This document shows positions 1-8,914 of a stretch of DNA of 27,282 bases, piece after piece (the stretch's first letter is position 1; every line of letters begins with the position of its first letter). The position numbers and the translations under genes are program-made. The stretch comes from Utricularia gibba (Eukaryota > Plantae > Magnoliophyta). The stretch is taken from assembly GCA_002189035.1 (NCBI GenBank), contig NEEC01000215.1:1-27282 (forward strand), written 5' to 3'. The notes beneath the pieces were generated by a model. It ran no database searches and was not told where the DNA came from. It saw nothing but the letters and a program-made list of their open reading frames with translations.

Positions 1-503
1 TTATTTTAAATCTTAATTAGCGTTCCACCGTTAGGAGCAATTTAGAACGTGTATACATTACAATGCCATGCCACACGGGCGTGGTTTACGCAAACCCACG
101 CCCGTGTGCCCTTGCAATGTAAACACGCTCCACATTGCTCCTAAGGATCGAGCGTTAACACAAGTTTCAAGTAAACCATCTCCACTCGATCCGAATCATG
201 TCTAAAGACCGAAAGCCAATAAAAATATTAAAATAAAAAATATACGCTCGATCCGCATCATATCTTAGAATCGAATGCAAATAGAATCGTTCAAATAAAA
301 AATATACACTCGATTGGAATCTTAACCAAGGATCGAATGCTAATTAAAATGATTAAATAAAAAATGCACACTCCATCCAAAGTATAACTAAGGTCGAATG
401 CTAATAAAATTAAAAACTAAGAAACTTTCACATGTAGTATATGCTTTAATAACTAACGTATTTACATTATTTATATTTTAATAAACATATATCACATGAT
501 TAT
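1..503. mobile_element. Foldback/MITE-like inverted-repeat element, copy 1 (truncated by window start; centre and right arm present)
   Basis: Contains the central CACACGGGCGTGG/CCACGCCCGTGTG hairpin and the right arm ending CACATGATTAT, as in the full copies. Confidence 0.7.
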
Positions 504-519
504 AAAAATATTTTTTTGT

Positions 520-768
520 CATTGTAGAAAGCTCATCACGCCACGCACACACCACCTGGAGAGGTTTCAACAGCTGTTATGAACTCACAACCCCTTGCTC
601 AGCAGATTCAGTAAAATTCTCTAACACTTGGGCTTCCAACGGATCATATCCCATATTCATTCATACGAAATTGTGCAAGAATAATGTGACTTTGAGTTTG
701 AACTAGATAGTAGGACGCTGATCGAAGAATGGCCATCGAGTCTCTAAAATTGGCCGTCCTCGCTCAAC
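520..768 (-). pseudogene. PIF/Harbinger-type DDE transposase C-terminal fragment, copy 1
   Basis: Same degenerate fragment as at 2841-3088, with extra single-base indels in this copy. Confidence 0.75.
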
Positions 769-1710
769 AAATGTGGGGTGCACGTGACATCCCAATTTCA
801 ACAAATGCATCATGATTTTCGTCGAGTGGGCCATGAGCCCGTCCGAACCCGGGGCCCGGGCCAAGGGCCCCTCGAGAGCGCCCGCCTCAATACGAGGAGG
901 TGTTCCTTCAAAAACCATATACGCGTCTCGTCACAACCCAACGTTAATAAATGCATCACTTTTTTTGGCGCGCTACTGCTGACTTTGGGCCTGAGTTCGG
1001 CACGACTCCGGCTCGATCAGGGTGCCCCACCGAGAGCTCCTCCTTAAGTATAAAGTGTGTTGTTGAAAAAAACCGTGTGCGGTTCTCGTGACATCCTAAC
1101 TTCAACAAATGCATCACGATTTTCGTCGAGTCGGACGGGACCGGGCTCCCGGGGCTCCGGACGAGGCGCAGCGCCCGCTCCCCTCCCCAAAACTAGAAGG
1201 TGTTCCATGGAAAACCATTTAGGCGGCTCGTGACAACCCAAAGTTAATAAATGCATCACTTTCTTTGCCGGGCTACAATGACTTTACGCTCGAGCCTGGT
1301 ACGACGTATGGGAAGATTCGAGTGCCCCCGAGAGCGTCTCCACAAGTATAAAGCGTGTTGTTGAAAAAACCGTGTTGGGTGCACGTGACATCCTAATTTC
1401 AACAAATGTGTCACGATTTTCGCCGAGTGGGACCAGAGTGGGCTCATCAGCCAGACCGAACCCGGGGCCAAGCCAAGGGCCCTCGAGAGCGCCCCCACAA
1501 AACTAGATGGTGTTCCACGAAAAAAAATTAGGCGGCTCGTGATAACCCAACGCTAAGAATGCATCCCTTTTTTCGCCGGGCTAAAACTGACTTTGGGCTC
1601 ATGCCCGGCGCGACCCCAGCCCGTGTGCATACGCAGCAGCACCACGAGGCCACATGGGCTTGGTTAATGCCGCGTGCTCGAGCAGCAGCCACAAGGCCAT
1701 ACGGCCGTGG
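769..1710. repeat. GC/CpG-rich block of nested ~150/~300-bp subrepeats, copy 1
   Basis: Recurring CGTGACATCC..CAACAAATGCATCA / CGTSACAACCCAA..TAATAAATGCATCA anchors. Equivalent blocks: 3089-4035, 5419-6369, 7750-8697, 10079-11027, 12410-13359, 14742-15693, 17076-18025, 19408-20356, 21738-22687, 24070-25022, 26395-27282 (truncated). Confidence 0.9.
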
Positions 1711-1766
1711 AAAAAAAGAAAAACAACCATAAAATACAATAAGCCAAAAATAAAAATAAAATTGAT

Positions 1767-1923
1767 AAACCCTTGGTTCGGTTCGGGCCCAATCAAAACC
1801 CGTAGGGTTTAACCCGTTCGGGTTGAACAGAAAGACAACCCCATGGGTCATGCAAACTGTAATACCCAGAATTTCATCGGGTTGGGTCCGAACCTGAATG
1901 GATCCAACCCAGGCCCATCTCTA
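1767..1923 (-). mobile_element. Solitary hAT-like transposon terminus (putative TIR TAGAGATGG plus subterminal repeats), copy 1
   Basis: The - strand starts TAGAGATGGGCCTGGGTTGG, resembling the Ac TIR (T/C)AGGGATGAAA and the Tam3 TIR TAAAGATG. It is followed by clustered AACCCG/CGGGTT/CCGAA motifs. Equivalent segments: 4093-4249, 6426-6582, 8755-8911, 11085-11241, 13417-13573, 15751-15907, 18083-18239, 20413-20569, 22745-22901, 25074-25230. No partner TIR seen. Confidence 0.5.
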
Positions 1924-2031
1924 ATCATAATCATATGATATAGGTTTATTAAATTATAAATAATTGAAATACATTATTTATTAAACCGTAGGATAACTGT
2001 GAAAGCTTCTTTGACTTAATTATTACCATTT

Positions 2032-2720
2032 GATCCTCAGTTGTACTTTGGATGGAGTGTGTATTTTTACTTTAGTCAATTTAATTAGCATTCGATCCTT
2101 GGTTATGATTCAGATCATATTTGCTATTTTTTTACTTTAAATATTTTTATTATCATTCGATCCTTAAGTATAATGCGGATCGAGCGCGTATTTTTTTTTA
2201 ATATTTTTTATTAGCATTCGAACGTTAGGTATGCTGCGGATCGAGCGTATATTTTTCACTCTCATATTTTTATTAGCCTTAGATCCTTAGGTATACTTTG
2301 GATCGAGTGCATATTCATTTATTTTAAATCTTAATTAGCGTTCCACCGTTAGGAGCAATTTAGAACGTGTATACATTACAATGCCATGCCACACGGGCGT
2401 GGTTTACGCACAACCCACGCCCGTGTGCCCTTGCAATGTAAACACGCTCCACATTGCTCCTAAGGATCGAGCGTTAACACAAGTTTCAAGTAAACCATCT
2501 CCACTCGATCCGAATCATGTCTAAAGACCGAAAGCCAATAAAAATATTAAAATAAAAAATATACGCTCGATCCGCATCATATCTTAGAATCGAATGCAAA
2601 TAGAATCGTTCAAATAAAAAATATACACTCGATTGGAATCTTAACCAAGGATCGAATGCTAATTAAAATGATTAAAATAAAAATGCACACTCCATCCAAA
2701 GTATAACTAAGGGTCGAATG
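2032..2720. repeat. ~62-bp subrepeats inside the foldback arms (5 left, 4 right), each with a TCGATCC-N13-GGATCGA-like dyad
   Basis: GATCC-type anchors at 2032, 2094, 2159, 2220 and 2282. A perfect dyad lies at 2157-2183. The same layout occurs in every monomer. Confidence 0.85.
2390..2427. other. Central hairpin of the foldback: perfect 13-bp GC-rich stem with a 12-nt loop
   Basis: CACACGGGCGTGG (2390-2402), loop TTTACGCACAAC, CCACGCCCGTGTG (2415-2427). Confidence 0.9.
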
Positions 2721-2840
2721 CTAATAAAATTAAAAACTAAGAAACTTTCACATGTAGTATATGCTTTAATAACTAACGTATTTACATTATTTATATTTTA
2801 ATAAACATATATCACATGATTATAAAAATATTTTTTTTGT

Positions 2841-3088
2841 CATTGTAGAAAGCTCATCACGCCACGCACACCACCTGGAGAGGTTTCAACAGCTGTTATG
2901 AACTCACAACCCCTTGCTCAGCAGATTCAGTAAAATTCTCTAACACTTGGGCTTCCAACGGATCATATCCCATATTCATTCATACGAAATTGTGCAAGAA
3001 TAATGTGACTTTGAGTTTGAACTAGATAGTAGGACGCTGATCGAAGAATGGCCCATCGAGTCTCTAAAATTGGCCGTCCTCGCTCAAC
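2841..3088 (-). pseudogene. PIF/Harbinger-type DDE transposase C-terminal fragment, copy 2 (frameshifted, internal stop)
   Basis: Three frames read VERGRPILETRWAILRSASYYLVQTQSHIILA / LHNFV*MNMGYDPLEAQVLENFTESAEQGV / EFITAVETSPGWCAWRDELSTM. This matches the motif order I recall for plant PIF/Harbinger (DDE_Tnp_4-type) transposase C-termini: IERxFGxLKxRWAILRS..FY..TQ..II.AC.LLHNF..M..DPLE..FI..VE.S..W..WRD.LA..M. Recognised by eye. Confidence 0.8.
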
Positions 3089-4252
3089 AAATGTGGGGTG
3101 CACGTGACATCCCAATTTCAACAAATGCATCATGATTTTCGTCGAGTGGGCCCATGAGCCCGTCCGAACCCGGGGCCCGGGCCAAGGGCCCTCGAGAGCG
3201 CCCGCCTCAATACGAGGAGGTGTTCCTTCAAAAACCATATACGCGTCTCGTCACAACCCAACGTTAATAAATGCATCACTTTTTTTGGCGCGCTACTGCT
3301 GACTTTGGGCCTGAGTTCGGCACGACCTCCGGCTCGATCAGGGTGCCCCCCGAGAGCTCCTCCTTAAGTATAAAGTGTGTTGTTGAAAAAAACGTGTGCG
3401 GTTCTCGTGACATCCTAACTTCAACAAATGCATCACGATTTTCGTCGAGTCGGACGGGACCGGGCTCCCGGGGCCCGGACGAGGCGCAGCGCCCGCTCCC
3501 CTCCCCCCAAAACTAGAAGGTGTTCCATGGAAAACCATTTAGGCGGCTCGTGACAACCCAAAGTTAATAAATGCATCACTTTCTTTGCCGGGCTACAATG
3601 ACTTTACGCTCGAGCCTGGTACGACGTATGGGAAGATTCGAGTGCCCCCGAGAGCGTCTCCACAAGTATAAAGCGTGTTGTTGAAAAAACCGTGTTGGGT
3701 GCACGTGACATCCTAATTTCAACAAATGTGTCACGATTTTCGCCGAGTGGGACCAGAGTGGGCTCATCAGCCAGACCGAACCCGGGGCCCAAGCCAAGGG
3801 CCCCTCGAGAGCGCCCCCCACAAAACTAGATGGTGTTCCACGAAAAAAAATTAGGCGGCTCGTGATAACCCAACGCTAAGAAATGCATCCCTTTTTTCGC
3901 CGGGCTAAAACTGACTTTGGGCTCATGCCCGGCGCGACCCCAGCCCGTGTGCATACGCAGCAGCACCACGAGGCCACATGGGCTTGGTTAATGCCCGCGT
4001 GCTCGAGCAGCAGCCACAAGGCCATACGGCCGTGGAAAAAAAGAAAAACAACCATAAAATACAATAAGCCAAAAATAAAAAATAAAATTGATAAACCCTT
4101 GGTTCGGTTCGGGCCCAATCAAAACCCGTAGGGTTTAACCCGTTCGGGTTGAACAGAAAGACAACCCCATGGGTCATGCAAACTGTAATACCCAGAATTT
4201 CATCGGGTTGGGTCCGAACCTGAATGGATCCAACCCAGGCCCATCTCTAATC

Positions 4253-5152
4253 ATAATCATATGATATAGGTTTATTAAATTATAAATAATTGAAATACAT
4301 TATTTATTAAACCGTAGGATAACTGTGAAAGCTTCTTTGACTTAATTATTACCATTTGATCCTCAGTTGTACTTTGGATGGAGTGTGTATTTTTACTTTA
4401 GTCAATTTAATTAGCATTCGATCCTTGGTTATGATTCAGATCATATTTGCTATTTTTTTACTTTAAATATTTTTATTATCATTCGATCCTTAAGTATAAT
4501 GCGGATCGAGCGCGTATTTTTTATTTTAATATTTTTTATTAGCATTCGAACGTTAGGTATGCTGCGGATCGAGCGTATATTTTTCACTCTCATATTTTTA
4601 TTAGCCTTAGATCCTTAGGTATACTTTGGATCGAGTGCATATTCATTTATTTTAAATCTTAATTAGCGTTCCACCGTTAGGAGCAATTTAGAACGTGTAT
4701 ACATTACAATGCCATGCCACACGGGCGTGGTTTACGCACAACCCACGCCCGTGTGCCCTTGCAATGTAAACACGCTCCACATTGCTCCTAAGGATCGAGC
4801 GTTAACACAAGTTTCAAGTAAACCATCTCCACTCGATCCGAATCATGTCTAAAGACCGAAAGCCAATAAAAATATTAAAATAAAAAAATATACGCTCGAT
4901 CCGCATCATATCTTAGAATCGAATGCAAATAGAATCGTTCAATAAAAAAATATACACTCGATTGGAATCTTAACCAAGGATCGAATGCTAATTAAAATGA
5001 TTAAAATAAAAATGCACACTCCATCCAAAGTATAACTAAGGGTCGAATGCTAATAAAATTAAAAACTAAGAAACTTTCACATGTAGTATATGCTTTAATA
5101 ACTAACGTATTTACATTATTTATATTTTAATAAACATATATCACATGATTAT
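4253..5152. mobile_element. Foldback/MITE-like inverted-repeat element, copy 3
   Basis: Same ends and arms as 1927-2823. Confidence 0.75.
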
Positions 5153-5169
5153 AAAAATATTTTTTTTGT

Positions 5170-5418
5170 CATTGTAGAAAGCTCATCACGCCACGCACAC
5201 CACCCTGGAGAGGTTTCAACAGCTGTTATGAACTCACAACCCCTTGCTCAGCAGATTCAGTAAAATTCTCTAACACTTGGGCTTCCAACGGATCATATCC
5301 CATATTCATTCATACGAAATTGTGCAAGAATAATGTGACTTTGAGTTTGAACTAGATAGTAGGACGCTGATCGAAGAATGGCCCATCGAGTCTCTAAAAT
5401 TGGCCGTCCTCGCTCAAC
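5170..5418 (-). pseudogene. PIF/Harbinger-type transposase fragment, copy 3
   Basis: Same sequence and lesions as 2841-3088; RWAILRSASYY is visible in ORF 5293..5610. Confidence 0.8.
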
Positions 5419-6585
5419 AAATGTGGGGTGCACGTGACATCCCAATTTCAACAAATGCATCATGATTTTCGTCGAGTGGGCCCATGAGCCCGTCCGAACC
5501 CGGGGCCCGGGCCAAGGGCCCCTCGAGAGCGCCCGCCTCAATACGAGGAGGTGTTCCTTCAAAAACCATATACGCGTCTCGTCACAACCCAACGTTAATA
5601 AATGCATCACTTTTTTTGGCGCGCTACTGCTGACTTTGGGCCTGAGTTCGGCACGACCTCCGGCTCGATCAGGGTGCCCCCCGAGAGCTCCTCCTTAAGT
5701 ATAAAGTGTGTTGTTGAAAAAAACCGTGTGCGGTTCTCGTGACATCCTAACTTCAACAAATGCATCACGATTTTCGTCGAGTCGGACGGGACCGGGCTCC
5801 CGGGGCCCGGACGAGGCGCAGCGCCCGCTCCCTCCCCCCCAAAACTAGAAGGTGTTCCATGGAAAACCATTTAGGCGGCTCGTGACAACCCAAAGTTAAT
5901 AAATGCATCACTTTCTTTGCCGGGCTACAATGACTTTACGCTCGAGCCTGGTACGACGTATGGGAAGATTCGAGTGCCCCCCGAGAGCGTCTCCACAAGT
6001 ATAAAGCGTGTTGTTGAAAAAACCGTGTTGGGTGCACGTGACATCCTAATTTCAACAAATGTGTCACGATTTTCGCCGAGTGGGACCAGAGTGGGCTCAT
6101 CAGCCAGACCGAACCCGGGGCCCAAGCCAAGGGCCCCTCGAGAGCGCCCCCCACAAAACTAGATGGTGTTCCACGAAAAAAAATTAGGCGGCTCGTGATA
6201 ACCCAACGCTAAGAAATGCATCCCTTTTTTCGCCGGGCTAAAACTGACTTTGGGCTCATGCCCGGCGCGACCCCCAGCCCGTGTGCATACGCAGCAGCAC
6301 CACGAGGCCACATGGGCTTGGTTAATGCCCGCGTGCTCGAGCAGCAGCCACAAGGCCATACGGCCGTGGAAAAAAAGAAAAACAACCATAAAATACAATA
6401 AGCCAAAAATAAAAATAAAATTGATAAACCCTTGGTTCGGTTCGGGCCCAATCAAAACCCGTAGGGTTTAACCCGTTCGGGTTGAACAGAAAGACAACCC
6501 CATGGGTCATGCAAACTGTAATACCCAGAATTTCATCGGGTTGGGTCCGAACCTGAATGGATCCAACCCAGGCCCATCTCTAATC

Positions 6586-7484
6586 ATAATCATATGATAT
6601 AGGTTTATTAAATTATAAATAATTGAAATACATTATTTATTAAACCGTAGGATAACTGTGAAAGCTTCTTTGACTTAATTATTACCATTTGATCCTCAGT
6701 TGTACTTTGGATGGAGTGTGTATTTTTACTTTAGTCAATTTAATTAGCATTCGATCCTTGGTTATGATTCAGATCATATTTGCTATTTTTTTACTTTAAA
6801 TATTTTTATTATCATTCGATCCTTAAGTATAATGCGGATCGAGCGCGTATTTTTTATTTTAATATTTTTTATTAGCATTCGAACGTTAGGTATGCTGCGG
6901 ATCGAGCGTATATTTTTCACTCTCATATTTTTATTAGCCTTAGATCCTTAGGTATACTTTGGATCGAGTGCATATTCATTTATTTTAAATCTTAATTAGC
7001 GTTCCACCGTTAGGAGCAATTTAGAACGTGTATACATTACAATGCCATGCCACACGGGCGTGGTTTACGCACAACCCACGCCCGTGTGCCCTTGCAATGT
7101 AAACACGCTCCACATTGCTCCTAAGGATCGAGCGTTAACACAAGTTTCAAGTAAACCATCTCCACTCGATCCGAATCATGTCTAAAGACCGAAAGCCAAT
7201 AAAAATATTAAAATAAAAAATATACGCTCGATCCGCATCATATCTTAGAATCGAATGCAAATAGAATCGTTCAAATAAAAAATATACACTCGATTGGAAT
7301 CTTAACCAAGGATCGAATGCTAATTAAAATGATTAAAATAAAAATGCACACTCCATCCAAAGTATAACTAAGGGTCGAATGCTAATAAAATTAAAAACTA
7401 AGAAACTTTCACATGTAGTATATGCTTTAATAACTAACGTATTTACATTATTTATATTTTAATAAACATATATCACATGATTAT
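6586..7484. mobile_element. Foldback/MITE-like inverted-repeat element, copy 4
   Basis: Same ends and arms as 1927-2823. Confidence 0.75.
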
Positions 7485-7500
7485 AAAAATATTTTTTTGT

Positions 7501-7749
7501 CATTGTAGAAAGCTCATCACGCCACGCACACCACCCTGGAGAGGTTTCAACAGCTGTTATGAACTCACAACCCCTTGCTCAGCAGATTCAGTAAAATTCT
7601 CTAACACTTGGGCTTCCAACGGATCATATCCCATATTCATTCATACGAAATTGTGCAAGAATAATGTGACTTTGAGTTTGAACTAGATAGTAGGACGCTG
7701 ATCGAAGAATGGCCCATCGAGTCTCTAAAATTGGCCGTCCTCGCTCAAC
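7501..7749 (-). pseudogene. PIF/Harbinger-type transposase fragment, copy 4
   Basis: Same sequence and lesions as 2841-3088. Confidence 0.8.
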
Positions 7750-8914
7750 AAATGTGGGGTGCACGTGACATCCCAATTTCAACAAATGCATCATGATTTT
7801 CGTCGAGTGGGCCCATGAGCCCGTCCGAACCCGGGGCCCGGGCCAAGGGCCCCTCGAGAGCGCCCGCCTCAATACGAGGAGGTGTTCCTTCAAAAACCAT
7901 ATACGCGTCTCGTCACAACCCAACGTTAATAAATGCATCACTTTTTTTGGCGCGCTACTGCTGACTTTGGGCCTGAGTTCGGCACGACCTCCGGCTCGAT
8001 CAGGGTGCCCCCGAGAGCTCCTCCTTAAGTATAAAGTGTGTTGTTGAAAAAAACGTGTGCGGTTCTCGTGACATCCTAACTTCAACAAATGCATCACGAT
8101 TTTCGTCGAGTCGGACGGGACCGGGCTCCCGGGGCCCGGACGAGGCGCAGCGCCCGCTCCCCTCCCCCCAAAACTAGAAGGTGTTCCATGGAAAACCATT
8201 TAGGCGGCTCGTGACAACCCAAAGTTAATAAATGCATCACTTTCTTTGCCGGGCTACAATGACTTTACGCTCGAGCCTGGTACGACGTATGGGAAGATTC
8301 GAGTGCCCCCCGAGAGCGTCTCCACAAGTATAAAGCGTGTTGTTGAAAAAACCGTGTTGGGTGCACGTGACATCCTAATTTCAACAAATGTGTCACGATT
8401 TTCGCCGAGTGGGACCAGAGTGGGCTCATCAGCCAGACCGAACCCGGGGCCCAAGCCAAGGGCCCCTCGAGAGCGCCCCCACAAAACTAGATGGTGTTCC
8501 ACGAAAAAAAATTAGGCGGCTCGTGATAACCCAACGCTAAGAAATGCATCCCTTTTTTCGCCGGGCTAAAACTGACTTTGGGCTCATGCCCGGCGCGACC
8601 CCCAGCCCGTGTGCATACGCAGCAGCACCACGAGGCCACATGGGCTTGGTTAATGCCCGCGTGCTCGAGCAGCAGCCACAAGGCCATACGGCCGTGGAAA
8701 AAAAGAAAAACAACCATAAAATACAATAAGCCAAAAATAAAAAATAAAATTGATAAACCCTTGGTTCGGTTCGGGCCCAATCAAAACCCGTAGGGTTTAA
8801 CCCGTTCGGGTTGAACAGAAAGACAACCCCATGGGTCATGCAAACTGTAATACCCAGAATTTCATCGGGTTGGGTCCGAACCTGAATGGATCCAACCCAG
8901 GCCCATCTCTAATC

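Larger units (their letters stand above)
1927..2823. mobile_element. Foldback/MITE-like element: ~900-bp imperfect inverted repeat with ~62-bp tandem subrepeats, copy 2
   Basis: Left end ATAATCATATGATATAGGTTTATTAAATTATAAATAAT matches the reverse complement of the right end (ATAATCATGTGATATATGTTTATTAAAATATAAATAAT). Inner arms match too: TTTGGATGGAGTGTG..TTAGCATTCGATCCTTGGTTA vs TAACCAAGGATCGAATGCTAA..CACACTCCATCCAAA. The inverted repeat is directly visible; the transposon origin is inferred. Confidence 0.75.

Noticed and set aside
1775-1790. tRNA/SINE Pol III B-box (GGTTCGGTTCGGGCCC)
   Set aside because: It deviates from GTTCRANNC, has no A-box or cloverleaf, and is better explained as transposon subterminal repeats.
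1800-1812. Telomeric repeat (TAGGGTTT)
   Set aside because: It is a single partial unit inside the dyad AAACCCGTAGGGTTT, not an array.
2032-2720. CRISPR array
   Set aside because: The ~62-bp units are degenerate along their whole length, lack unique spacers, are mirrored in an inverted arm, and have no cas genes nearby.
1927-2823. Foldback as the TIRs of the adjacent Harbinger fragment, or as a Stowaway/Tourist MITE
   Set aside because: The transposase fragment lies outside the arms. The ends lack Stowaway (CTCCCTCC) or Tourist/PIF (GGGCC/GGCC-type) TIR signatures, and no TAA/TTA duplication is evident. The superfamily is left unassigned.
2841-2930. C/D-box snoRNA (GTGATGA and CTGA on the - strand)
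   Set aside because: The boxes are in the wrong order (CTGA lies 5' of RTGATGA), and the segment is explained by transposase coding sequence.
3943-3952. Shared GCCCGTGTGC between the GC block and the foldback apex as evidence of common origin
   Set aside because: Only 10 bp match with no flanking similarity, which is compatible with chance.
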